DNA of 53,065 nucleotides from NCBI GenBank assembly GCA_013375475.1, contig JABXKD010000015.1, positions 1-53,065 of the forward strand. The letters run 5' to 3'. Below the pieces are notes generated by a model, which was not told the DNA's origin, searched no databases, and saw only the letters and a program-made list of their open reading frames with translations. Positions 40,208 through 50,251 of this stretch are shown here, in pieces. Made by a program: the position numbers and the translations under genes. This DNA comes from Promethearchaeota archaeon. Its GTDB lineage: Archaea; Asgardarchaeota; Lokiarchaeia; Sigyniarchaeales; SOKP01. Each line of letters starts with the position of its first letter. The first letter of the stretch is position 1.

Positions 40208-41584
40208 TTGATTTATATGAGTACGCGATTTAGTAAAGGTCAGAAATGGAGTTTTTCATTAGGGAATGGTGTGGAATGGTTCATTAATAGTGCATTTAAT
40301 CTTTGGGTATTTACTTTTTATTTCGCTGCAGTAGGCATGGATGTTGGTTTAATCAGAACGGCATTTATTATTTGGACAATTTGGAACGCAATAAATGACC
40401 CTTTGATTGGATATCTTTCGGATAGAACAAATAGCCGATGGGGGCGTAGAAGGATTTATATTATGATTGGTGTAATTCCGGTATTAACCTTGGAGATATT
40501 AATTTGGCTACCTCCTCTAAGTGGAGAAATGGCACAATTCTTTTATCTTCTTATTATGTTATTATTATACGATACGGCTTATACACTGATTGCGCTTCCT
40601 ACAGATTCTTTGTTTCCAGAATTATATACAACAGTAGAAGAAAGAACCCAAGTTAACACGATAAGACAAATTTTAGCCGCGATTGGTTTGATTTTAGCAG
40701 CTCTTATTCCAGGAATCTTTATCGGAAAACAAGATACAATTGATGGGTATTTGATAAATGGTATTGTAACTGCTATCATCGTTGGAGTAGCAATGTTTAT
40801 ATTTCTTAAATGGGGCGCTGTCGAAAGAGAAGAATTTAAACTTGATTACAAGCAAGGATTTAGTTACCCCAAAGCGTTGAAGACCACATTTAAGAACAAG
40901 GGATTTGTGCTCTACATTATTATGTTCTTCTTTTATGAATATATCCTATTATTGCTCGCTACAATTGTGCCGCTATTTTCCGCAGAAATCCTTGGAACAA
41001 CTACAGCTCTCGAAACTTCGATCCTCATGGGATTATTGTATATTGTTGGAATTGTATCCATGTTTTTATGGAAAAAACTCGATGTTAAACTTGGTGGGAG
41101 ACTTGGATATGGAATATCAATGGTTGCATATGTGTTAGCAACTATACCGATGTTATTTATTTCTTCATATGTATCGGCTATTATAAGCGTTTTGCTTATG
41201 GGCATTGGTTTTGGGGGGATGTTATACTTCATTTGGTATATTATCGCCGATGTTATTGACCACGACGAGTTAAAAACAGGTGTTAGAAGAGAAGGTAGCT
41301 TTTTTGGTATCGCTAATTTCTTTATGCGACTTTCGATGGTTCTTTCCATTATTACGATAAGTCTTGTCTTTACTGAGACAGGTTGGGAAGAATATATTCC
41401 TAATCCCGGAGTTGATGTGATCTTCGGTCTACGATTTTTATTTGTAATCGTTCCCGCGATTGCTATAGGAATTTCGCTAGTTTGCCTCTACTTTTACCCA
41501 TTTACGAAAGAAAAAGTATTAGAAATGAAGGAAAAACTTAAGGAATTACATGAAAGTAAAATGGAAAAAGTAAAATCTACATAA
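40208..41584 (+). CDS. MFS transporter, GPH/MelB family
   Basis: WNAINDPLIGYLSDRTNSRWGRRR and DELKTGVRREG motifs. Confidence 0.92.
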   Translation: MIYMSTRFSKGQKWSFSLGNGVEWFINSAFNLWVFTFYFAAVGMDVGLIRTAFIIWTIWNAINDPLIGYLSDRTNSRWGRRRIYIMIGVIPVLTLEILIWLPPLSGEMAQFFYLLIMLLLYDTAYTLIALPTDSLFPELYTTVEERTQVNTIRQILAAIGLILAALIPGIFIGKQDTIDGYLINGIVTAIIVGVAMFIFLKWGAVEREEFKLDYKQGFSYPKALKTTFKNKGFVLYIIMFFFYEYILLLLATIVPLFSAEILGTTTALETSILMGLLYIVGIVSMFLWKKLDVKLGGRLGYGISMVAYVLATIPMLFISSYVSAIISVLLMGIGFGGMLYFIWYIIADVIDHDELKTGVRREGSFFGIANFFMRLSMVLSIITISLVFTETGWEEYIPNPGVDVIFGLRFLFVIVPAIAIGISLVCLYFYPFTKEKVLEMKEKLKELHESKMEKVKST

Positions 41585-41600
41585 AATTATTCTTTTTTTT

Positions 41601-42884
41601 TTATATTTGATCAAGGGCTTGATCTAGATCCTTTATTATATCATCTGGGTCTTCTAAACCTAATGAAAATCTGAAATGAGTATCCGACATATTCATTCTA
41701 CGTTTTTCCCATGAGGCTAGATCAATCCCAGTCATAACTGATGTGTATTCTATTAACGAGGTCGTGTCACCTAAAGAAACTCCAACTTTAATTAATTTCA
41801 ACAAATCTATAAATTTATAGCATTTTTCGATTGTTTCTAATTCAAATCCAATCATGCCTCCGAATCCTTTCATCTGTTTTTTAGCTAAAGCATGATTTGG
41901 ATGTGATTTCAAGCCAGGATAGATTACTTTTGCTACTTTTGGATGTGCCTCTAAAAATTCTGCGGTTTTCATAGCATTTGAGCAATGGCGGTCCATCCTC
42001 AGACTAAGTGTTCTGCACCCCCTTAATATAAGCCAAGCACTAAATGGATGCATTACAGCACCCTGAGTTTCTAACCAGAAATATCTTATGTTCTGCAGCT
42101 CATTTTTTTGTCCTATTATCACCCCACCTAAGGTGTCTCCATGCCCATTGACAAATTTAGTAAGGCTCTCAACAACTAGATCTGCTCCTAAATTTAGAGG
42201 TTTCTGCAGAGCTGGAGAAGCAAAAGTGTTATCTACTATACATTTTCCGTCTACTTCATGAATTAAATCTGCACATCCTTGAATGTCTAGTACGTCTAAA
42301 TTTGGATTAGAAGGAGTTTCCACAAACACCAATTTAGTATTTTCATCAATTGCGTCACTTAATTCAATGAGATTTCTCATATCAACAATTTTAGTCATTA
42401 CTCCAAATTGAGAGTATATTTTTGTTAAAAGGCGGTAAACTCCGGTGTACTGATTGTTATGAATAATAACATTAGGTACCGTTTCGGGGTTACTTTGAGG
42501 AAGTAAAGCTCTTATTTTTTTTGGTCTTATTCTTTCTACACGTTGTTGCAATATGCTCGAACATGCTAAATGGACAGCTGCCATTCCTGACGCCACAGAA
42601 ACCGCAGCTTCACCACCATGAAGTGTAGCAAGCTTTTGATCCAAAGCATATAAAGTTGGGTTTTCAGTACGAGAATAATTATAATGATTTTTTAGTAATT
42701 CTGTTAAGGATGAATAAGCATAAGATTTCGTTGCATAAAGAGGTGTCCTTAAACTCCCAACTGCTGTAGGATAAGGATCCTCCCCAGCTCTTCCTTGTTG
42801 TGAGTCAAAGTGTAACTTATCCCATTTTTTTCTTATTTCCTTATTTTTTTCGTCTAATGTTTCTTTTCTTTTATCATCAAACAT
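41601..42884 (-). CDS. Cys/Met metabolism PLP-dependent enzyme (gamma-lyase/synthase family)
   Basis: YSRTENPT, SGMAAV, ETPSNP, VDNTF, SLTKFVNGH and SLGLED motifs. Confidence 0.9.
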   Translation of the reverse strand: MFDDKRKETLDEKNKEIRKKWDKLHFDSQQGRAGEDPYPTAVGSLRTPLYATKSYAYSSLTELLKNHYNYSRTENPTLYALDQKLATLHGGEAAVSVASGMAAVHLACSSILQQRVERIRPKKIRALLPQSNPETVPNVIIHNNQYTGVYRLLTKIYSQFGVMTKIVDMRNLIELSDAIDENTKLVFVETPSNPNLDVLDIQGCADLIHEVDGKCIVDNTFASPALQKPLNLGADLVVESLTKFVNGHGDTLGGVIIGQKNELQNIRYFWLETQGAVMHPFSAWLILRGCRTLSLRMDRHCSNAMKTAEFLEAHPKVAKVIYPGLKSHPNHALAKKQMKGFGGMIGFELETIEKCYKFIDLLKLIKVGVSLGDTTSLIEYTSVMTGIDLASWEKRRMNMSDTHFRFSLGLEDPDDIIKDLDQALDQI

Positions 42885-42887
42885 TAT

Positions 42888-44396
42888 TTAATCCTCCAAT
42901 CCCTTTACAATTTTTGGCGCATCTGCCTCATCCATATCTTCAGCTTTGCGAAAATCCTCGTAACTACGAGATGATACGATTTTGAAATACTCTTGTAATT
43001 GTTCTTCCACGGCTTTAGACATACCAGGGCCTTTTTGAGTCTCAAGAATAGAATCAACCTTTTCTTTTGCTCTGGTTATGATATCTTTCGCACCATTTCT
43101 TTGCCATATACCTCTACGGTCTCTATCAACTAATTTTGGAACAAATATTTCTTTTCGGATGTTTTTAGCAGTGTGTTTTAGCATCAAATAATTCTTACCT
43201 TCCGACGCTACTTTTGATATTTCATCAATTGCAATGCTTTCATCATCAACTCTTATACCATTAAAGCCTCGTTTCACGATATCTATTAATTCGTCATCTA
43301 TAACTAGTAGCTCTAATGCCTCTGCTAAAGAAGACTCGTAGGTACCAGCACAAGTTATGTAATTTATTCCTGCGTTAGCAGAACAAAACAGCGTCATGAA
43401 TCTTTCAAATCCATTTTGAATATCAAAACATTTAGATTCAGTAACTAAGCCAGGCCCTCTAGAAGGGATGTTGTAATAACGCGCTAGTTGTGCTGCACCA
43501 ATGGTAATCAATCCCGTTTCAATCGATCCCCACGCAACATTGCCTGTTGGTGGATCCATTGGAGCATTCATCGTCGAATAGAAGATAGAACACCCGGGAT
43601 TTATAAGTTGGGTAAGTGTGATTGAAGATAACGTTTCCATGTTTGATTGAATAAGTAATCCCGCTAATGATACTGGAGCAGTTGCCCCCGCACTCGCAGC
43701 TGGAGCAATTATCGTAGGTTGATTGTGTTTTGCAAAAACAAATAACCCGTTTAACTGCAATTTGTTTAGAATTAGTGGACTAACTGGGTTGAAAAAACCG
43801 ACCAAGCGCGGCTTTTTTATAAGTTCTTCTCTCCCTCCAACTATAATTGAGACGAGATCCATCATATCTTGGGAGGCTACGCGCCCCAAACACCCTAAAC
43901 CATATGGTTTTTTGCTGTGTGTTGCCCACGCTTTTATCACGTGATAATGCAATTCTAAATACGGAACATCGTTCGGCCATACATCAGTATGCGAACACAT
44001 TATGTTTTTTAAGCTATCTACAATACGAATTTGTTTAATATTATCTTCTAAAATTGTTTTTCTGACTCCTTTCTTGTTAGAAGGATCGTAAATCTTAACG
44101 GGAGTTCCTACAGTTGCAAAATTTACGCTCTTAGTATTTACTTCAAATTTAAAGGATCCATCGGACCCCCACAAAGTAAATTTACTTGGCACATGTTTAA
44201 GCTGTTCAATAATTAATTCTTCCGGAAATTTCACAACATAAGTAGCGTTATCAACATCTGCCCCATTTTCCTTTAGAAGATCACGCGCTTCTTCAGATTC
44301 TACTTTAATTCCTATTTTTTCTAAAAGTTTTAATGATTCTCCATGTATAAGTTTAATTTCATCCTTATCTAATACTTCAAGTCTATTCAGTTTCAT
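42888..44396 (-). CDS. MttB-superfamily methyltransferase, non-pyrrolysine
   Basis: NPVSPL, GATAPVSLAG and AQLARYYNIPSRG..ESKCFDIQNGFE motifs. Confidence 0.9.
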   Translation of the reverse strand: MKLNRLEVLDKDEIKLIHGESLKLLEKIGIKVESEEARDLLKENGADVDNATYVVKFPEELIIEQLKHVPSKFTLWGSDGSFKFEVNTKSVNFATVGTPVKIYDPSNKKGVRKTILEDNIKQIRIVDSLKNIMCSHTDVWPNDVPYLELHYHVIKAWATHSKKPYGLGCLGRVASQDMMDLVSIIVGGREELIKKPRLVGFFNPVSPLILNKLQLNGLFVFAKHNQPTIIAPAASAGATAPVSLAGLLIQSNMETLSSITLTQLINPGCSIFYSTMNAPMDPPTGNVAWGSIETGLITIGAAQLARYYNIPSRGPGLVTESKCFDIQNGFERFMTLFCSANAGINYITCAGTYESSLAEALELLVIDDELIDIVKRGFNGIRVDDESIAIDEISKVASEGKNYLMLKHTAKNIRKEIFVPKLVDRDRRGIWQRNGAKDIITRAKEKVDSILETQKGPGMSKAVEEQLQEYFKIVSSRSYEDFRKAEDMDEADAPKIVKGLED

Positions 44397-44523
44397 TCTT
44401 CTTCAATCTCGAAATTCAAGAAAATGAGTAATTTTAAGCTAATAAACCAATGGTATATGAAAAACTTTTTTTTCAAATGATTATGTCACAATACAAAAAA
44501 ACAATAAATTAGCTGGAAATAAA

Positions 44524-45171
44524 GTGTCTATTAAAGAAAGAATTAAAGAACTCGTTGTTGAATGGGATTCTGAAGGATTAAAGAATTATTGTCAATCAAT
44601 TCTAAAAAAAAATGACGCTACGGCTTCTGATCTATTAAAGATCATTGGAGATGTCATGAAATTTGTAGGAGATCAATTTGAAAATGAAGACATTTTTCTC
44701 CCTGAATTAATTGGTTCTGCTGAGACGGTAAAAGGCGTTATTGACGAAGTCTTAGATCCTGCAATTAGAGCTGCTGGAGAAGAAAAAGAAACGATGGGAA
44801 AAGTGGTAATAGGGACCGTAGAAAGTGATGTTCATAGTATTGGTAAAGATCTTGTTGGTTCCTTTCTATTCTCTAATGGTTTTGAGGTGTATAATTTGGG
44901 GGTAGAAGTAACTGCCGATCAGTTCATTACTAAAGCAGAAGAAGTTAGTGCTGATGTTATAGGCTTGTCCTCTCTGTTAACGATGTCAATGGATTTTCAG
45001 AAGCAAGTTATTGAGGAGCTTAATAAAAGAGGTTTAAGAGATAAATATAAAGTCATAGTAGGGGGGTCTCCTACTTCAGAAGATTGGGCTGAACAAATAG
45101 GTGCTGATGGATGGGCTGATGACGCGATCGAAGCTGTAGAATTAATTAAACGTATAATGAAAGAGGGGTGA
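44524..45171 (+). CDS. Methyltransferase corrinoid protein
   Basis: DVHSIGK, LSSLLT and VGG B12-binding motifs. Confidence 0.93.
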   Translation: MSIKERIKELVVEWDSEGLKNYCQSILKKNDATASDLLKIIGDVMKFVGDQFENEDIFLPELIGSAETVKGVIDEVLDPAIRAAGEEKETMGKVVIGTVESDVHSIGKDLVGSFLFSNGFEVYNLGVEVTADQFITKAEEVSADVIGLSSLLTMSMDFQKQVIEELNKRGLRDKYKVIVGGSPTSEDWAEQIGADGWADDAIEAVELIKRIMKEG

Positions 45172-45178
45172 AACAAGT

Positions 45179-46705
45179 ATGAAATTAAAAAAAATTGAAG
45201 TTTTTACAATGGATGAACTTGAAGCGGTTCATTCTGCGACAATGACTTTATTATCTGATGTTGGAATAAAAGTAGATGCAAAAGATGCGAGAAACATTTT
45301 AAAAGAAGAAGGAGCCGAGATAGACGAAGAAACAAACTTTGTTAGGTTCCCTGAATCACTTGTAAAGGAGAAGTTGAAAACAGTTCCAAATTCATTTAAA
45401 CTACACGGTCCTGATGGGTCATTTAACTTTGAAGTTAATACAACCACCACACAATTTGCAACAATCGGAACCCCAGTCAAGATCTACGATCCTTCGAACA
45501 AAAATGGAGTTAGAAAAACAGTTCTTGCTGATACTATTGAACAGATTAAAATTGTCGATAGTTTAGAAAACATCATGTGTTCACATATAGATGTTTGGCC
45601 AAACGATGTATCATATATAACGATTCATGCTCATTGCATTTATCAATGGGTAAAAAATACAAAAAAACCTTATGGTCTTGGGTGCTTAGGGAAATTAGCT
45701 TCCCAAGATATGATGAACATGGCGTCAATAATTGTAGGAGGGGAAGAAGAACTGATTGCAAATCCTCGATTTATTGGTTTTATGAATCCAACTAGTCCTT
45801 TACACTTGCCACAAATAATGACCAACGGTTTTGCGGTATTTACTAAGTATAAACAACCCACTATTATAGCCCCTGAAGCGTTAGCTGGCGCTTCTGCACC
45901 AGTTACATTAGCAGGTTTAATTACTCAAACCAACGCTGAAATAGTAGGAAGTGCCGTATTTTCACAAATGTTGAATCCTGGAGCTCCTGTGTTTTTTGGC
46001 ACGGTTTCCCACATTACTGACATGCGTTCTGGGAATTCAGCCATGGGTTCTCCAGAGATGGGCTTAATTACGGCAGGCATTGCGCAATTAGCTCGCTTCT
46101 ACAATATTCCTTCTCGTGGACCCGGAGCTGGAACTGATTCCAAATTGTTGGATTTACAGAATGGATACGAGCGGTTACAGACTCTATTGCTTGCCGCTCA
46201 GGCTGGCGTGAATTATATAACCTGTGCGGGCACCTATGAAGCTACATTGGTTGAGGCTTTAGAACTTTTGGTTATTGATGACGATTTGGCAGGAATGGTA
46301 AAAAGAGCTATAGAAGGGGTTACTGTAAGCGAAGATACGATTGCTTTAGATGTAATTAAGAAAGTAGCTACAAGTGAAAAAAAAGGAGTAAATTTTCTTG
46401 CAGAATCACATACGAGAAAATACATGAGATCAGAACTATATATGCCTCGATTAGCTGATAGGTCTAGGCGATCAACTTGGAAGAAAAAAGGCGCGAAGGA
46501 TATAATTGAGAGAGCGCGAGAGAAAGTTGATAAAGTTCTCAGAGAACACCAACCTAATAAATTAGATAATGAGATGGAGGATGAGCTGTTCAAATACATG
46601 AAAATCGTGGAAGCGAGGACATTTGATGATTATAGAAAAGCTGAAGGTTTGATGGTAGATAGCATTACATTACCTGATGGTATAGAAATTAAAGAAGAAA
46701 AATAA
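45179..46705 (+). CDS. MttB-superfamily methyltransferase, non-pyrrolysine (paralog)
   Basis: NPTSPL, GASAPVTLAG and AQLARFYNIPSRG..DSKLLDLQNGYE motifs. Confidence 0.9.
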   Translation: MKLKKIEVFTMDELEAVHSATMTLLSDVGIKVDAKDARNILKEEGAEIDEETNFVRFPESLVKEKLKTVPNSFKLHGPDGSFNFEVNTTTTQFATIGTPVKIYDPSNKNGVRKTVLADTIEQIKIVDSLENIMCSHIDVWPNDVSYITIHAHCIYQWVKNTKKPYGLGCLGKLASQDMMNMASIIVGGEEELIANPRFIGFMNPTSPLHLPQIMTNGFAVFTKYKQPTIIAPEALAGASAPVTLAGLITQTNAEIVGSAVFSQMLNPGAPVFFGTVSHITDMRSGNSAMGSPEMGLITAGIAQLARFYNIPSRGPGAGTDSKLLDLQNGYERLQTLLLAAQAGVNYITCAGTYEATLVEALELLVIDDDLAGMVKRAIEGVTVSEDTIALDVIKKVATSEKKGVNFLAESHTRKYMRSELYMPRLADRSRRSTWKKKGAKDIIERAREKVDKVLREHQPNKLDNEMEDELFKYMKIVEARTFDDYRKAEGLMVDSITLPDGIEIKEEK

Positions 46706-46732
46706 TTTCTTTTTGTTCAGTTCTGGGATCAA

Positions 46733-48238
46733 CTACGGTTTAGCGTTAATAAATAACTGGTATCTATGGAGTTTTTTTAAAACAACAGCAGCATTCTCAG
46801 GATTTCCTCCAAAAACCATGATTTTGTTTTCATCATATTTTTCAAGAGAAAGGCTCTCTAAACTGTTGCCAAAGGAAATGTAGATAATTCTTTTATTGGG
46901 GAATTTTTGGTTTAATTCAATTTCATATTTGATGGCTTTATCATGCCTATCACTCGCACTGAGCTTCATCAACTCAGCCATTTTTTTTCCAATCTCATTT
47001 ATAGGTTTTAAGAGTTTCATTCGATCAAGAAATGTGAGAGATGACATCGTAATTATTACATCAAAGCAATCTGAATTTAACATTAGTTCTGTAACTGTCT
47101 TATAAACGTTAGGATTGCCTGTAGCAACCATATCAACAGGATTATTATGACTCCAATAAAAAGGAAGATGTTTTGAAATATCTTCTATAAGTTTAGGCCC
47201 ATTTGGCTCTGTTCTTAAATCAACAACATTGAGTCCGTGTTTTTCACAAAGATCTGTAAGGTGAACAACAAATCCGCCTCCTCCGCTAACTATTCCTACT
47301 CTTAGGCGCCCATTTGTAGGAAGAGGTAATAAATATTGTGCTCCTTTAACTAGATAAATAAATTGTTCTATTTGATCTGCCGAAATCACACCAGTCTGTT
47401 TAAACAAAGATTGGTAAATGTCTAATGAACCTGCAATTGACCCTGTATGGCTGTTTGCGGCTCTAGCACCAGTTTTAGTAGTTCCCGCTTTAAGAAAAAT
47501 GATTGGTTTTTTTTTCGTAGTTTCGGCACAAATTTCTTTAAACCGTGAACCTGCTCGTAAACCCTCAGCGAATAAAGCTATTGTTTTAGTTCCTGAATCT
47601 CGAGCATAATATTCTAAATAATCTTCTAAAGTTAGGGATGCTTCATTCCCACTAGAAACAAAATATCTGATATTTTGAAATGCATTGCATAAGACAGTTC
47701 CCATTGTCCCCGATTGAGAAACAATTGATAAATTTCCAGGTCTTGGCATCATAAATCCAAATCCTAAATGGAGAGGTGATGTTTTATCTTCTGACGAGTA
47801 GAATCCCATAGAATTAGGTCCTACAAAGATCAATCCTCCCTTTTGAGCTATTTTAACTAATTCCTTATTTTCTTCTTGTCTCACTTCAGTTTTTACTTCA
47901 CCAAATCCAGCAGTAATAATGGCTGCCGTTCTAACTCCGTTTTCAATGGCTTGCTTAACTGAATCTATAACAGCATATGGTGGAACAACAATTCCAACGA
48001 GATCAATTGGTTCAGGACATTTATCAAGCGAGGGGTAAATATCCTTCCCAAAAATTCTCTTATTTTCGTATTTTGGGCTCGGGTTTATCCCGTAAAGATT
48101 CTTCGTAAATCCACAGCTTAGAACACTCCCGAATACGCGAGAACCAATTTTAATCATGTTGTCAGTTGCTCCCACAATAGCAACATTTTTAGGATTAAAT
48201 AAAACCTTCATTAGTTCTAACTTTTCTTCGATATCCAT
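46733..48238 (-). CDS. NDP-forming acyl-CoA synthetase alpha subunit; probable ATG start at 48238
   Basis: LFNPKNVAIVGA, GPNSMG, SQSG, SHTGS (phospho-His) and NPVD motifs. Confidence 0.88.
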   Translation of the reverse strand: MDIEEKLELMKVLFNPKNVAIVGATDNMIKIGSRVFGSVLSCGFTKNLYGINPSPKYENKRIFGKDIYPSLDKCPEPIDLVGIVVPPYAVIDSVKQAIENGVRTAAIITAGFGEVKTEVRQEENKELVKIAQKGGLIFVGPNSMGFYSSEDKTSPLHLGFGFMMPRPGNLSIVSQSGTMGTVLCNAFQNIRYFVSSGNEASLTLEDYLEYYARDSGTKTIALFAEGLRAGSRFKEICAETTKKKPIIFLKAGTTKTGARAANSHTGSIAGSLDIYQSLFKQTGVISADQIEQFIYLVKGAQYLLPLPTNGRLRVGIVSGGGGFVVHLTDLCEKHGLNVVDLRTEPNGPKLIEDISKHLPFYWSHNNPVDMVATGNPNVYKTVTELMLNSDCFDVIITMSSLTFLDRMKLLKPINEIGKKMAELMKLSASDRHDKAIKYEIELNQKFPNKRIIYISFGNSLESLSLEKYDENKIMVFGGNPENAAVVLKKLHRYQLFINAKP

Positions 48239-48506
48239 TTTTAGTTTCTCCCAGCTTAGATTTTTAACTGAAAATATATTATGTAATAGGTAGATTCTTA
48301 AAGGATTCAAAGAATAATAATTTTCTTAATGCGGATAATGCTCAGAAGATATCCTTCTATTGCTTTAAACATTTAATTTCCTTTTTGACTCTCTTGTCAC
48401 TTAGATGACATATTTCCAAATAACGATTAAGGAATTGATACTATCATGAGTGTAAACCAAAAAAATTTTCTTCTAGTATAATTGGTCTTTTATGAACCGA
48501 GAACTT

Positions 48507-49229
48507 CTAATCTTTTTTCCTTTTTTCCACGAGATTCTTAAAGAATGCCAATAAATCTATTTTTATAATTATATACATGACAACAATAATTAAGTAAAGA
48601 GATATAATACTTAAAACCCAACTCTCTCCTCCTAATAGGCTACAAATACTTATTATATTATACGAGAAAAATAGCATCAAACCCATTTTACCTAACCAAC
48701 ACCAAAATACTGTTTTTAGAAGACTATACTTAATAATTCCAAGGGGTATTGTTATAAAATCATCGTTTAAAGGTGTAAGACCAAATATAAATATTAAAAG
48801 GGGTGCAGCCCTTGGATGCTCAATTAAGAATAATTGGTATTTCTTCAAATTCTGTCTCCGATCTTCAGATATCAATGCTGAAGCCCCTCTACCTACAGCA
48901 TATCCTCCAATTTCTCCAAGCATACATCCTAAACTAGCAATAAACGCGACAAGAATAGGAATGAAAAGATTCATCTCTAAGAAAGGTAAAGAACTGTAGC
49001 ACACTACAAATGTGTAGGGGGTAGGAATGGGTAACAAATTCCCAATCAAGCATATTAAGAAAGTAATTATCAATCCTGAGGGTAAATCTTTAAACTGGGG
49101 ATATTTAGATATATTCTCAATAATTTCCCGGTGGGATTCGTTTATTATGAAATCGATTGAAACAATAGTGATGATTATAAGTGCAATGATAAAAATTATG
49201 TCAATTCGTTTTAGTTTCATTTTAACCAA
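48507..49229 (-). CDS. DedA/VTT-domain membrane protein
   Basis: LLPIPTPY, GCMLGEIGGYAVGRG and LTPLNDDFITIPLG motifs. Confidence 0.82.
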   Translation of the reverse strand: MVKMKLKRIDIIFIIALIIITIVSIDFIINESHREIIENISKYPQFKDLPSGLIITFLICLIGNLLPIPTPYTFVVCYSSLPFLEMNLFIPILVAFIASLGCMLGEIGGYAVGRGASALISEDRRQNLKKYQLFLIEHPRAAPLLIFIFGLTPLNDDFITIPLGIIKYSLLKTVFWCWLGKMGLMLFFSYNIISICSLLGGESWVLSIISLYLIIVVMYIIIKIDLLAFFKNLVEKRKKD

Positions 49230-49257
49230 ATCATTTAATTCATCCCTATTCTAAAAC

Positions 49258-49410
49258 TTAGGGTAAGGAGATTAAAACCAAGAAAATACTTATGACAGTG
49301 CTCGCAAAAAGTATGAAAATTAATATAATTCCATTCTTAGTGAGTTTTTTTTTCCTTTTTTTGACGTAGTTCCTTCTTTTCTGACTTTGCCTTGATCTGG
49401 GTGTACTCAT
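49258..49410 (-). CDS. 50-aa basic protein with a single C-terminal transmembrane segment
   Basis: Hand translation MSTPRSRQSQKRRNYVKKRKKKLTKNGIILIFILFASTVISIFLVLISLP; ATG lies 2 nt after the upstream stop and the ORF fills the gap. Confidence 0.72.
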   Translation of the reverse strand: MSTPRSRQSQKRRNYVKKRKKKLTKNGIILIFILFASTVISIFLVLISLP

Positions 49411-49412
49411 AT

Positions 49413-50162
49413 TCACGCATCTAAATCTTTTAGGGATTTCTTAATTATTATGTCGTCATTTTCTACTTTTTGTAGTAATTCCGTTAGAACTACGTTGTTA
49501 TAAGAAAAAAGCATACGAGGAACAAGATTATCAGCTAAATAGTTTCCATCTGAAATCTCTTCTTTTAAAGGAAACAGTTGTTTTTCTTTTATAACTGATC
49601 CTAAATAATTTCGTTCGTACTCACGATACCCAAAAATGCTATTCTTTACTATGACCATTTTACGTTCGTATCCCTCAGGAATTCCTTCTTTCTCCAAAAG
49701 AAGGAGTATTTTTTCTCTTGAAAGCGATTCAAGGAGTTCAAGATCTTCAGTTGTACCTTCATAAGCAGGTCCAGTTTGGGCTTGATCGTAATCTATTTCT
49801 TCTGCTAATCCCATCATAACTTTAAAACCATGAGTTTCGTTATCTTGGTCTACAGCAGTAATTTTAAAAGCAATCCCGTGTTTATCTCTTATGGCTGGGG
49901 CCATTTTTGCAGCGATAAATTTCATTCTAGTCGTAGTGTTGAATCCGTGCCATAACCAGACTCTAAAATGTTGGGGGTCTGCAAAAAGAAGTACAAAATC
50001 GTCATCTAATAAATCTTTTAACTGTACGTCTGGATCGATTATCAGCTCTTCGAAATCACCAATCTCGTCATTAAATTGATATACAGTAATAGTTTGATCT
50101 TGTCTTGCAGCAATCTGCTCTTCTATTTTCCTATCTTTCCCCTTCAAGTCTTCATTTGACAT
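49413..50162 (-). CDS. Gelsolin-domain protein with C-terminal extra domain (Asgard 1DGelX-like)
   Basis: LLDDDFVLLF...VWLWHG..TTRMKFIA...VDQDNETHGF matches a gelsolin repeat. Confidence 0.78.
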   Translation of the reverse strand: MSNEDLKGKDRKIEEQIAARQDQTITVYQFNDEIGDFEELIIDPDVQLKDLLDDDFVLLFADPQHFRVWLWHGFNTTTRMKFIAAKMAPAIRDKHGIAFKITAVDQDNETHGFKVMMGLAEEIDYDQAQTGPAYEGTTEDLELLESLSREKILLLLEKEGIPEGYERKMVIVKNSIFGYREYERNYLGSVIKEKQLFPLKEEISDGNYLADNLVPRMLFSYNNVVLTELLQKVENDDIIIKKSLKDLDA

Positions 50163-50251
50163 TTTATATCATCACAGTTGCTTTTATTCTTTATAACTTA
50201 GTTAGGATTAATAATATATTATTCTTATTGCTATAAAAATTGATGTAGATT

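Noticed and set aside
42460-42560. In-frame insert in the PLP lyase as an intron
   Set aside because: Only a short TTACTT/AAGTAA hairpin, without BHB geometry or stops.
42888-46705. Pyrrolysine-containing trimethylamine methyltransferases
   Set aside because: No in-frame TAG; ordinary residues occupy the equivalent region.
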